Source of the DNA: an uncultured Blastocatellia bacterium
Lineage (GTDB): Bacteria; Acidobacteriota; Blastocatellia; HR10
NCBI GenBank assembly: GCA_937934295.1
Contig: CALHAI010000008.1
Coordinates: forward strand, 32,998-96,997
Length of the DNA stretch: 64,000 bases
Direction: 5' to 3'
Shown here piece by piece: positions 1 through 9,177 of the stretch (position 1 is its first letter; each line of letters opens with the position of its first letter). A program made the translations under genes and the position numbers. Below the pieces are notes generated by a model. That model was not told the DNA's origin and did no database searches. It saw nothing but the letters and a program-made list of their open reading frames with translations.

Positions 1-156
1 AGACGTCGGCCATCCCCCTTCGGGCGATCCAGGCCGAGATCCGGTAACGGGAGAAGGCGATCCTCCAGCAATGGGGACGAAAAGGCGCGACCTTGCGTTT
101 GCCAAGACGCCTGAAAATAATAATCTGGCCATTTCGGAGACTAGGGAGGTGGGACG

Positions 157-495
157 ATGAGCGAGAAGGTGCGGACGACACGCCGACAATTTCTCAAGAC
201 GGTCGCCGCGACGGCCGTCTTCCCCTCGACGCTTCCGCTTCTGGATGGGGCGGAGGGGAGGAAAGACGCGCCGGCAGCCGCGATGCCATCGCCGCAACAA
301 TCGCTCATCCCCTCGGCTGCTGCCGAGGCTTTGGGCGAATTGGTCCGAGTCCGCTATGGACGCTTTTTGACGGAGGAACAGCTTGCGGAAGTCAAGCGGC
401 AGATCGAGCGGAGCCTCCGCTCGGCGGAACGCCTCCGGAGCTTTCCGCTCACCAATGCGGATGAACCGGATCTGATCTTCCGCGCGATGCCATGA
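157..495 (+). CDS. Small Tat-signal protein with GatC/AtzG-like C-terminus (putative amidase partner subunit)
   Basis: 112-aa ORF with RBS GGAGGTGG. N-terminal TRRQFLK twin-arginine motif. C-terminal helical segment ending LRSFPLTNADEPDLIF. Directly upstream of an amidase. Confidence 0.7.
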   Translation: MSEKVRTTRRQFLKTVAATAVFPSTLPLLDGAEGRKDAPAAAMPSPQQSLIPSAAAEALGELVRVRYGRFLTEEQLAEVKRQIERSLRSAERLRSFPLTNADEPDLIFRAMP

Positions 496-545
496 GCCCG
501 CCTCATGGTGGTTCTGCCCAAAACCGATCCTCAGGAGGGCGTGCG

Positions 546-1955
546 ATGCAGGATCATGAGCTGGCTTTCCTCTCGATTCGTGAATTGGCTCAACTCCTCC
601 GATCCCGGCGTCTGTCTCCGGTCGAACTCACGCGGCTTTATCTGGAGCGCCTGGAGCGCCTGGGACCGAAACTGGGCGCGGTCGTCACGATCACTCACGA
701 GTTGGCTCTGGAACATGCGCGCCGTGCGGAACGGGAGATCCTGCGCGGCCAATATCGCGGGTTGCTGCACGGCATCCCGTATGGGGTGAAAGACTTGCTG
801 GCGACCCGAGGCATTCCCACGACATGGGGCGCCGCCCCGTATCGAAATCAGGTCTTCGACTACGATGCGACGGTCGTCCGACGTCTTCAGCGAGCAGGCG
901 CCATCTTGGTGGCGAAGCTCGCGATGGTCGAATTGGCTGGCGGCATGGGGTACAACACGGCGGATGCCTCCTTCACCGGACCGGGACGCACGCCGTGGAA
1001 CCCCGATTACTGGAGCGGAGGGTCATCTTCGGGATCAGGAGCGGCGGTCGCGGCCGGCCTGGTCGCTTTCGCCATTGGCTCGGAGACCTCGGGCTCGATC
1101 CTCACGCCCGCGGCCTTTTGCGGCATCTCGGGTTTACGCCCAACTTATGGACTTGTGAGCCGACACGGCGCCATGGCACTCTGTTGGACGCTCGACAAAC
1201 TCGGCCCTATGTGCCGCACGGCCGACGACTGCGGGATCGTGCTCGCCGCGATCTCCGGCAAAGACCCCAAAGATCCCTCGAGCGTCGCGCGAAAATTCAC
1301 GTATTCGACGCCGCTTCTGCCCACCCGGCGACTGCGCGTGGGCATCGTCAAGGGCGCACTGGAGCGCGTGCAACCCGAAGTGCGAGAGAACTTCGAGGCA
1401 GCCGTCGAAGTCCTCAAGAGATACGCCACGATTGATCCCGAAGTCGCCTTGCCCGATCTCCCTTATGGGCAAGTCGTCGGGATCATCGTCAACGCCGAGG
1501 GCGCGAGCGCTTTCCGAGATCTGATCGAAGGCGGGCGCCTGGCGGAGCTGCAGAATCCGCGCGATCGGATTGGAGGGTATGCGGGGATGACGGTCCTAGC
1601 AGTGGATTATCTGCAGGCCCAACGCGTCCGCGTTCGGATTCGCCAAGCCCTCGACGAAGTGCTCTCCCGATACGATGCTGTGATCGCGCCGACGCGCGCG
1701 ACCGTCGCCTATCCGATCGGCGTGGAATTCGAGCGCGCGTATCCGGGTATGGGGGGCGGCCCCGCGCTCATTCCAGCGGGCAACGCGGCTGGCGTCCCGG
1801 CGCTCTCCATCCCCAACGGATTCGGACAAGCCGGACTTCCGACGGCGCTCCAACTGATGGGGCGCGCCTTCAGTGAGGCCACGCTCATCGCCCTCGCCAA
1901 CGCCTATCAACGGGAGACCGACTGGCACCGCCGACGGCCTCCCCTTGAGGCCTGA
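546..1955 (+). CDS. Amidase-signature family amidase (GatA/AtzE-like)
   Basis: GVKDLL (catalytic Lys), GGSSSGS and GSETSGSI (Ser-cisSer) signatures. Start chosen at ATG 546 after GGAGGG; the ORF is open from 492. Confidence 0.92.
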   Translation: MQDHELAFLSIRELAQLLRSRRLSPVELTRLYLERLERLGPKLGAVVTITHELALEHARRAEREILRGQYRGLLHGIPYGVKDLLATRGIPTTWGAAPYRNQVFDYDATVVRRLQRAGAILVAKLAMVELAGGMGYNTADASFTGPGRTPWNPDYWSGGSSSGSGAAVAAGLVAFAIGSETSGSILTPAAFCGISGLRPTYGLVSRHGAMALCWTLDKLGPMCRTADDCGIVLAAISGKDPKDPSSVARKFTYSTPLLPTRRLRVGIVKGALERVQPEVRENFEAAVEVLKRYATIDPEVALPDLPYGQVVGIIVNAEGASAFRDLIEGGRLAELQNPRDRIGGYAGMTVLAVDYLQAQRVRVRIRQALDEVLSRYDAVIAPTRATVAYPIGVEFERAYPGMGGGPALIPAGNAAGVPALSIPNGFGQAGLPTALQLMGRAFSEATLIALANAYQRETDWHRRRPPLEA

Positions 1956-1962
1956 CCTCTCG

Positions 1963-1989
1963 AAGAAAGGGGGAGTCCGCGCTCTCCCC
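1963..1989 (-). terminator. Probable intrinsic terminator downstream of the ybaK-like gene
   Basis: About 7-bp stem (1969-1975 with 1982-1988) followed on the minus strand by CTTTCTT. It lies between convergent genes. Confidence 0.4.
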
Positions 1990-2460
1990 TCACGCCACCT
2001 CGGAGAATGCGGCGACCGTCGGTTCGCTCAGTCGGAGAAAATCGGCCATCTGCATCCGAATCGAATCCGTGTGCGTCCCCGCATTGAAGACGATCTCCTC
2101 ATCCTGCAACAAGGGTTCAGCCACGTAAACGGGGATTCCGTAGAGATTGCCGAAGATCGGCATCGCTCCGATCTCACAATCCGGGAAGAGGTCCTTGAAC
2201 TCGGCCTCCGTCGCCAAACGGACGTAGGTCGCCCCCACGACTTCGGCAAATCGCGTCAGGTCCACCTTGTGGTGAGCCGGCAGCACGGCCATCACATATC
2301 GGTCATCAGCTTTAAGGATCACGGCCTTCGCCATCTCGCGGCCTCGCACATGAAGCGCATGGGCGATCTCCTGTGCCGTGAACGCCTGCGAATGGGTGCA
2401 GACCACGTAGGGGACGTGTTGCTCATCGAGGTATTGCTTCAATCGAGTGACGATTCCCAT
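1990..2460 (-). CDS. YbaK/ProXp-type aminoacyl-tRNA deacylase (INS superfamily)
   Basis: 156 aa. Conserved Lys in MAKAVILK and a GAMPIFG GxxxP-like loop. Confidence 0.88.
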   Translation of the reverse strand: MGIVTRLKQYLDEQHVPYVVCTHSQAFTAQEIAHALHVRGREMAKAVILKADDRYVMAVLPAHHKVDLTRFAEVVGATYVRLATEAEFKDLFPDCEIGAMPIFGNLYGIPVYVAEPLLQDEEIVFNAGTHTDSIRMQMADFLRLSEPTVAAFSEVA

Positions 2461-2568
2461 ATCGTTCTCCTCCGAAGATCACGCGCCCGCGAGGTCTCGT
2501 CCCGAAGATCGAGATCGCGCGCGGCGCCCGCCGGAGATCGTCCCTCCTTGCCGAGACGATCCCCGCTC

Positions 2569-4587
2569 TCATGCGGATGTCCAGCGCTCGAAGAAGCGCT
2601 CCACGTCTTCGATCCGCGTCGTGATCGGACACGAGGGGAGGCTCTGCAGGAAGACCGCGCCGTACCCCTTCGTGCGAATCCGAGGATCGAGGATCGAGAG
2701 GACGCCTCGATCGGTTCGACTGCGGATCAATCGCCCCAGTCCTTGCTTGAGCATGATGACAGCCTGCGGGACGGCATACTCGTAAAACGGATCACCGCCG
2801 CTTTGCTCGATATAACGTTGGCGTGCCGCCACAATGGGATCGGTCGGGACAGCGAAGGGCAACCGATCAATGATGACGCAGCTTAAGGCCTCCCCTTGCA
2901 CGTCCACACCTTGCCAAAAGCTCGACGTGGCGAACAGGACCGAATGCGGCGTCGTGCGGAACCGTGCGAGGAGGCCGGATTTCGAACCCTGTCCTTGGAC
3001 GAAACAAGGGAACGGCACGCGACGTCGGGTACGCTCGTACATCTCTACCATCGGTTGGATCGCCGTGCAGAGGACGAAGGCGCGCCCCCGCGTCACCTGC
3101 AACAGCCTCACGATCTCTTCAACGGCGGCCTCCGTGAATTCCGGGCTTCGCGGATCCGGCATGTGCGGGGGGAGGTAGAGGATCGCTTGTTCGGCATAAT
3201 CGAAATGCGAGGGGACGATCAGCTCCCGCGCGTGGCGAATCCCAAGGCGAGATCGAATGAAGTGAAAGCTTCCACCGCTCGTTAAGGTCGCTGACGTCAA
3301 GATCACCGTGCGCACGCGATCGAAGAGTCGCTCGGCCAAGATCTCGGAGACGTCAATGGGCGTCGCCTGAAGGAAAATCCCACGTCCGCGCCGCTCATAC
3401 CAGCGGACGAACTGCGGATCGTGCGGCACGAGGATGAAGTCGAGATCGGCCCGTATCTGCGCCGTCCGACGGATGAGGGCTTCGACTTCCGGCGGTGGAT
3501 CCTTCACCGCCGCGAGCGTCGCCTCCAGGAGCGAGAGGGCATTCCGAAGCGCGAGGAAACTCTCCCCCGCGCGCGTCACCGGGAGCACTTCCTCCCCCTC
3601 CCGAGCGACATCCAGGGGGAGCCCCTCCTCGGTCACCTCCGCGCGAAAGAGGAGATCCGGCTCCAGGGGATATCGCCCCTCGGGTCTGCCATCGCTCAAG
3701 AAATGCGCCCAGAAATTCTCAGCCCGTTGCTGCACGCGCAAGGTGACGCGCATCAGCTCCGCCGCAGCCGCCGTATCCGTGATCGGAAGATTTTGCACGT
3801 CGCGGATCAATTCGGCCACGCGATAATTGCTCACCTGTGCCCCGAAATATTCCGAAGCGATCTCCTCCAATTCATGCGCCTCATCGAAGATGACGATCCC
3901 ATAATCCGGGATCACCGCGCCATAGTCGTTCCCCCGCAACGCGAGATCGGCGAAGAACAGATGATGGTTGACGATCACGATGTCCGCTTTCAGGGCGCGC
4001 TCGCGCATCTTCGTGATGAAGCACGCTTCATACTCCGGGCATTTTTGTCCGAGGCAGATCTCCGAGCGCGCATCGATCGCCGACCAAAAGCCCAGATTCT
4101 CCGGGAGATCCACCAGCTCCGCGCGATCTCCCGTCTCCGACCGGAAGGCCCACTGCCGAATCTCATCGAAATAGCGCACGTCGTCCAGATCAGCGAGAAT
4201 CGGTTGCGCTTCGGCTTTCTTCAAGCGGTAGAGGCAGACGTAATTCGATCGGCCTTTCATGTACGCGACGCGCAGCTTCCGCCCAAGGGCTTTCTCCAAG
4301 AAAGGGACGTCCTTGAGGAAGAGCTGCTCTTGCAGATTCTTCGTCCCTGTCGAGATGATGAGGCGCTCGGAGGCTGCCAGCGCCGGGATGAGATAGGCGA
4401 GCGTCTTCCCCGTCCCCGTCCCCGCTTCGACGAGCAAATGCTCCCCTTCGAGGATCGCGCGATAGACAGCCTCGGCCATCTGGATCTGCCCGGGCCGATA
4501 TTCGTACTGCGGGTGATGCTTCCCCAGAAGCCCTCGTTCCCCGAAGACGTCCTCCATGCGGACGATCTCTTCGTGCTGTCGGCTCAT
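2569..4587 (-). CDS. ATP-dependent DNA helicase, DinG/YoaA family
   Basis: Q motif YRPGQ, Walker A EAGTGTGKT, Fe-S cysteines (CLYR...CLGQKCPEYEAC), DEAH box, SATL, QGLGRLIRS. Confidence 0.93.
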   Translation of the reverse strand: MSRQHEEIVRMEDVFGERGLLGKHHPQYEYRPGQIQMAEAVYRAILEGEHLLVEAGTGTGKTLAYLIPALAASERLIISTGTKNLQEQLFLKDVPFLEKALGRKLRVAYMKGRSNYVCLYRLKKAEAQPILADLDDVRYFDEIRQWAFRSETGDRAELVDLPENLGFWSAIDARSEICLGQKCPEYEACFITKMRERALKADIVIVNHHLFFADLALRGNDYGAVIPDYGIVIFDEAHELEEIASEYFGAQVSNYRVAELIRDVQNLPITDTAAAAELMRVTLRVQQRAENFWAHFLSDGRPEGRYPLEPDLLFRAEVTEEGLPLDVAREGEEVLPVTRAGESFLALRNALSLLEATLAAVKDPPPEVEALIRRTAQIRADLDFILVPHDPQFVRWYERRGRGIFLQATPIDVSEILAERLFDRVRTVILTSATLTSGGSFHFIRSRLGIRHARELIVPSHFDYAEQAILYLPPHMPDPRSPEFTEAAVEEIVRLLQVTRGRAFVLCTAIQPMVEMYERTRRRVPFPCFVQGQGSKSGLLARFRTTPHSVLFATSSFWQGVDVQGEALSCVIIDRLPFAVPTDPIVAARQRYIEQSGGDPFYEYAVPQAVIMLKQGLGRLIRSRTDRGVLSILDPRIRTKGYGAVFLQSLPSCPITTRIEDVERFFERWTSA

Positions 4588-4618
4588 GGCCGATCCCTCA
4601 ACGTCAGACAAGAGGCGG

Positions 4619-5899
4619 TCACAGCTCAGGAGGTTGACGCAGCCGATGCGGATAGAGCGGGAATTGTTCGGTCAGTTCCAGCACCCGCCGTCGGACCGAG
4701 CGTTGAACCTCTTCGCTCTCGGGCTGATCCAAGACCTCGGCGATCCACTGCGCGATCTTTCGCATCTCGGGCTCTTTCATCCCCCGCGTGGTGACCGCCG
4801 GCGTCCCCAAGCGAATGCCGCTGGCGATCATCGGTGGCTGCGTGTCGAAGGGAATGGTGTTCTTATTCACGGTGATCCCCGCGCGCTCCAAAGCGCTCTC
4901 GGCCTGCTTTCCCGTCAAGCCTCGGGAGAAGACGTCCACAAGCACCAGGTGCGTATCCGTCCCTCCGGAGACGATCCGATAGCCCGCCCGCGCCAGCTCC
5001 TCTGCCAAGACGCGAGCATTTTTGATGACCTGCTCCTGATACGTGCGGAACTCGGGCTGCATGGCCTCCTTGAAGCACACGGCCTTGGCCGCGATGATGT
5101 GAACGTGAGGTCCGCCCTGCACGCAGGGGAAGACGGCACGATCAATCTCCCGCGCGTACTTCTCCTTGCACAGGATCAGGCCCGCCCGCGGGCCGCGCAA
5201 TGTCTTATGCGTCGTCGTCGTCACGAAGTCACAGCAGGGAACGGGGCTCGGATGTAGGCCCGTCGCCACGAATCCGGCGATATGCGCGATGTCGGCCATC
5301 ACGACGGCCCCGACCTCGTGAGCGATCGCCGCGATGCGCTCGAAATCAATGACGCGCGGATAGGCGCTCGCTCCGCAGACGAGCATTTTTGGCCGATGCT
5401 CGTGGGCCAACCGCTCCAACTCCTCATAGTCGATCTGCTCCGTCTCGCGGTTCACCCCATAGGGGATCACGCGGAAGTACTTCCCTGAGAAATTCAACGG
5501 ATGCCCGTGCGTCAGATGCCCTCCGTGCGAGAGATTCATCCCGAGGATCGTATCTCCGGGCTGCAGCACGGCGATGTAGACGGCCATGTTCGCTTGCGAG
5601 CCCGAATACGGCTGCACGTTCACGTGCTCGGCGCCGAAGAGTTGCTTCGCCCGCTGGATCGCCAGCGACTCCACGACGTCCACGAATTCGCATCCCCCAT
5701 AGTAGCGCTTGCGCGGATACCCCTCGGCATACTTGTTCGTGAAGACCGATCCCATGGCTTCGAGGACGGCCTCGCTGACGAAATTCTCCGAGGCGATCAA
5801 TTCCAAACCCCGCGCCTGTCGCTCCGTCTCCTGGAGGATGGCCTCGGCGATCTCCGGGTCCACCACGCGCAGCGGCCGTGTATGCCAATCGTTCATCAT
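4619..5899 (-). CDS. glyA: Serine hydroxymethyltransferase
   Basis: [33 protein letters not shown] (PLP Lys), [26 protein letters not shown] before ATG 5899. Confidence 0.98.
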   Translation of the reverse strand: MMNDWHTRPLRVVDPEIAEAILQETERQARGLELIASENFVSEAVLEAMGSVFTNKYAEGYPRKRYYGGCEFVDVVESLAIQRAKQLFGAEHVNVQPYSGSQANMAVYIAVLQPGDTILGMNLSHGGHLTHGHPLNFSGKYFRVIPYGVNRETEQIDYEELERLAHEHRPKMLVCGASAYPRVIDFERIAAIAHEVGAVVMADIAHIAGFVATGLHPSPVPCCDFVTTTTHKTLRGPRAGLILCKEKYAREIDRAVFPCVQGGPHVHIIAAKAVCFKEAMQPEFRTYQEQVIKNARVLAEELARAGYRIVSGGTDTHLVLVDVFSRGLTGKQAESALERAGITVNKNTIPFDTQPPMIASGIRLGTPAVTTRGMKEPEMRKIAQWIAEVLDQPESEEVQRSVRRRVLELTEQFPLYPHRLRQPPEL

Positions 5900-5986
5900 G
5901 ACGACTCCTTGCTTGCGGGATTCCCGCACCTTCGCATGAGACGGAATCTTACCGCAGGGCCGAGCACACCTTCAAGCAGGGCTTCG

Positions 5987-6913
5987 TCAGGAACGCCGCA
6001 CCACGACGCGCCGCCGCTCTCCGCCCTTTCCCAAATATGCGCGAGACAACTCCAGGAAAGTCCGAAGCGGCTCCGACGGCGTATCCTCTTTCCGATAGGC
6101 GACGCCCAATTCCCACCGACTCTTCAAGCCCCGAATGGGGAGCGCGCGCAGAAGTCCCGCGTGCACCTCTCGCTGAACCATGAGCCACGGGAGAATACTC
6201 ACCCCCAGACCGACCTCCACCATCTTCTTGATCGCTTCATCGCGATTCAGTTCCATGGCGACATGCGGGCGAACCCCCGCATGCTCGAAGAAGAGATCAA
6301 TGATCCGCCGCCGATTCCCTCCCCGCTCCCCGAGGATCAACGGCTCAGCGGCCAATTGCATGACCGTCACCTCTCGCGCCTGAGCTAAAGGATGCCCAGG
6401 AGGGACGACCGCCACCAACCGATCGCCGTAGAGCGATTCGGTCTGAAGCAGCGGCGCTTCGACCGGCAGGGAGATCAAACCGACATCCAGCCGATGCTCC
6501 AGAAGGCGTCGGATGATGGCTTCGCTCGTGCCGGCGAAGACGACCAGATCCAGGAGCGGAAAGCGCTTCTTCAACTCGCTGAGGATCTCCGGCAGCGGAT
6601 GAATGGCGATCATCGTCGAGGCCGTTCCCACACGCAGCGTGATCCGCTGCTCCTCAGCGAGCGCGGCGATCTCCGAACGCGCCAAATCGCACGCGCTCAA
6701 AATCGCCTGAGCATGTTTGAGCAATGCCCGCCCGGCGGACGTGAGCGTGGCCCGCTTGCGCACCCGCGCGAAGAGCTTTGTCCCCAGTTCCTCCTCCAAT
6801 GCTTTGATGTGAAGGCTCACGGCTGCTTGCGAGAGATTCACGCGGCGTCCGGCGAGCGTAAAGCTCCCCGTCTCGGCCACGGCTCGGAAGGTGCGCAGGT
6901 GTCGCAACTCCAT
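5987..6913 (-). CDS. LysR-family transcriptional regulator
   Basis: MELRHLRTF...GSFTLAG...LSQAAVSLHIKALEEELG HTH plus a PBP2 effector domain. Divergent from the SIS operon. Confidence 0.95.
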   Translation of the reverse strand: MELRHLRTFRAVAETGSFTLAGRRVNLSQAAVSLHIKALEEELGTKLFARVRKRATLTSAGRALLKHAQAILSACDLARSEIAALAEEQRITLRVGTASTMIAIHPLPEILSELKKRFPLLDLVVFAGTSEAIIRRLLEHRLDVGLISLPVEAPLLQTESLYGDRLVAVVPPGHPLAQAREVTVMQLAAEPLILGERGGNRRRIIDLFFEHAGVRPHVAMELNRDEAIKKMVEVGLGVSILPWLMVQREVHAGLLRALPIRGLKSRWELGVAYRKEDTPSEPLRTFLELSRAYLGKGGERRRVVVRRS

Positions 6914-7042
6914 GGCATTCCCCCTTGCATCAGCAATCTTCATGCATCTCATTAAAACTCTCAGTTTCCCCGCACCTTGCCTATTGTACTAGAATTCCCA
7001 CGTGAGCGCCGAAGATGCGCCGGACGCATGAGACGCGGGTGG

Positions 7043-8101
7043 ATGATGAAGGAAGGGTTGGAAGGAACATTCACATACCGGGAGATTTATCGCCAACCGG
7101 GAGCGCTGCGCGAGACGTTGCGGCGCGCGCCTTCCCGCTTCGCGCGCGTGGCGTCAATAGGTCCTCTGAGGCACTTCACGGAGGTGCTCTTCACCGGGTG
7201 CGGATCATCCTATCACATCGCCCTCTATGCGGCGCACGCCTGGGGAACGCTGCTGGGGCTTCGCGCGCGCGCGCTCCCTGCGTCTGAAATCCTGAACTTC
7301 CTGAAGGCGCATCTCTATGCGGGGGCGCGACCTTTGCTCTTCGCCATCTCGCGCAGCGGCGGGACTGATGAGACCGTTCTCGCGGCAGAACGAGTGAAGG
7401 CGACTGTTGAGGCTACGGTCATCGGCGTGACGATTGAGCCCGAATGTCCGCTCGGGCGTACGGCTGACATACATTTGTCCTTCTCCGAATGCCCCGAACA
7501 GAGCTTGGTCACCACGGGATCGCTGACGTGCATGATGCTTGGCCTGTTGCTTTTGGCCGACGCCTTCGGCGGAGGAACGCTTCAGGCCGAGGCGGCCGCT
7601 CTCCCTCAGGAGGTCGCGCAGAGCCTCCAAGAGAACGAACGCTTCCTGCGCACCTACGCCGAAGATCGCGCTCTCGCTCGTCTCATCTTCTTGGGGTCTG
7701 GTCCCTTCTATGCATTGGCGGCGGAAGCGGCTCTCAAGGTGATCGAGATGGCGCTCACCCCCGCCCACTACTATCCCACGTTGGAATTTCGACACGGGCC
7801 GCATCTGCTCCTCTCGCCGGAGACGCTGCTGGTGATCTTTCCGGCCGAGGCGGAGGGCCCGTATGTGAATCGAGTGCTCGAGGAGGCGCGCGCAGCCCAG
7901 GCGCGCCCCCTTCTCATCAGCGCTCGGGCGATGGAGACGTCGGCACCGCAGCTCATTCTCGGAGGTCGCGTGAGCGAACTCCTGCGCCCCATCCTCTTCG
8001 CTCACCTCATCCAGCAATTGGCTTTCTGGAGGGCTGCGGCCGCCGGAGTGAACCCGGATGCCCCGCCGCGATTGACGCGTATCGTGCGATGGAACGGATG
8101 A
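7043..8101 (+). CDS. Double-SIS-domain sugar-phosphate deaminase/deglycase (AgaS / NagB-II / FrlB-like)
   Basis: TYREIYRQP, FTGCGSSYH, ISRSGGT, LGSG...AAEAALKVIEM, EFRHGP, C-terminal NPDAP. No glutaminase domain, so it is not GlmS. Confidence 0.85.
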   Translation: MMKEGLEGTFTYREIYRQPGALRETLRRAPSRFARVASIGPLRHFTEVLFTGCGSSYHIALYAAHAWGTLLGLRARALPASEILNFLKAHLYAGARPLLFAISRSGGTDETVLAAERVKATVEATVIGVTIEPECPLGRTADIHLSFSECPEQSLVTTGSLTCMMLGLLLLADAFGGGTLQAEAAALPQEVAQSLQENERFLRTYAEDRALARLIFLGSGPFYALAAEAALKVIEMALTPAHYYPTLEFRHGPHLLLSPETLLVIFPAEAEGPYVNRVLEEARAAQARPLLISARAMETSAPQLILGGRVSELLRPILFAHLIQQLAFWRAAAAGVNPDAPPRLTRIVRWNG

Positions 8102-9177
8102 TGAGCGACGCGCTCGAATCGTCGCATGCCTTCCGAAGACGCGAGCCGGATGTGATGCCCGAGGGACAACCGGTGTTCCTCGCCGGCGTCGATGGTGGGG
8201 GGACGAAAACGACGGCCCTGGTCGCCGATGAACGACTGACCATCCTCGGAGAGGGACATTCCGGTCCCTCGAACTTTTTGCGCGTCGGCGTGGAAGTGGC
8301 CGTCACCGCCATCTTGGAGGCTCTTGAGGACGCCTGCCGCCGGGCTGGGCTCGTGCCCGCGAATCTCCGCGCGCTGGGGATCGGCTTGGCGGGAATCGCC
8401 CACCCCGCACATTATCGGCGCATGCGGGAAGCGCTCCTCCGAGCGCTGGTCGAGCGCTTGGCCTACGGCACGCGCGACCCCCAACAGGTGGAGAACATCG
8501 TGCTGACGACCGATGCCGAGATCGCGCTCTACGGAGCGACCGATGGTCAACCGGGCGTCGTCATCATCTCCGGGACGGGCTCGATCGCGTACGGGGTGAA
8601 CGCGCGGGGACAGAAAGCACGCTCTGGAGGCTGGGGCCCGACCTTCGGCGATGAAGGGAGCGGATACGACATCGCGCGGCGCGCGTTGACGGCGGTCGCC
8701 TCGGCCTACGATGGACGGATGCCGCCGACGCTTTTGACCGAACGGGTCTGTCGCTATTTCGGCATCGAGAGCCCGGCCGAACTGCCGCGCGTCATTTATG
8801 GGGACGCGACGAGCCCCAACATCGCCCCCTTGAGCGAAGTCGTCATTCAAGCCGCTCGCGAAGGGGATGCTGTCGCTCGAGAGATTCTGCGCGAGGCGGG
8901 CTGGGAATTGGCGCGAACGGCCATCGCCGTCATTAAACGCTTGCGCCTGCAGCAGGAGGCCTTTCGCGTCTCTTACGTCGGCGGCGTCTTCTCCGCCGGA
9001 GAATTGATTCTGGAGCCGATTCGCCAGAAGATCCGGGAGGTCGCTCCGAAGGCCGAACTCAGCCCTCCGCGCTTTCCGCCCGCTGTGGGCGCGCTTAAGC
9101 TAGCGCTCGCGCGGCTCGGACTTTCCGACCGAGAATCCGAAGCCGCCTGCCCGCTGCCCAAACTGGGCGTGCGGTGA
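8098..9177 (+). CDS. BadF/BadG/BcrA/BcrD-family amino-sugar kinase (GlcNAc/GlcN/MurNAc kinase-like)
   Basis: GVDGGGTKT, TDAEIAL, ISGTGS, GGWG...GDEGSG motifs. ATGA overlap with the SIS gene; alternative start 8155. Confidence 0.88.
   Translation: MMSDALESSHAFRRREPDVMPEGQPVFLAGVDGGGTKTTALVADERLTILGEGHSGPSNFLRVGVEVAVTAILEALEDACRRAGLVPANLRALGIGLAGIAHPAHYRRMREALLRALVERLAYGTRDPQQVENIVLTTDAEIALYGATDGQPGVVIISGTGSIAYGVNARGQKARSGGWGPTFGDEGSGYDIARRALTAVASAYDGRMPPTLLTERVCRYFGIESPAELPRVIYGDATSPNIAPLSEVVIQAAREGDAVAREILREAGWELARTAIAVIKRLRLQQEAFRVSYVGGVFSAGELILEPIRQKIREVAPKAELSPPRFPPAVGALKLALARLGLSDRESEAACPLPKLGVR

Noticed and set aside
1-30. Possible start of a divergent gene (minus strand GAAGGGGG-ATG GCC GAC GTC) running off the left edge
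   Set aside because: Only 4 codons are visible and the SD spacing is too short; it cannot be supported.
546-1955. Assignment as gatA of the GatCAB amidotransferase
   Set aside because: There is no adjacent gatB, the partner has a Tat signal, and the motifs diverge from GatA.
5896-5937. 13-codon uORF ([13 protein letters not shown]) overlapping the glyA start, and a possible ZTP or glycine riboswitch
   Set aside because: The intergenic region is too short for either riboswitch and lacks their motifs. The uORF has no Gly/Ser codon run suggestive of attenuation, so it is likely chance.
6914-7042. LysR T-N11-A box in the divergent promoter region
   Set aside because: Several T-N11-A strings exist, but none has convincing dyad symmetry, so no specific site is called.
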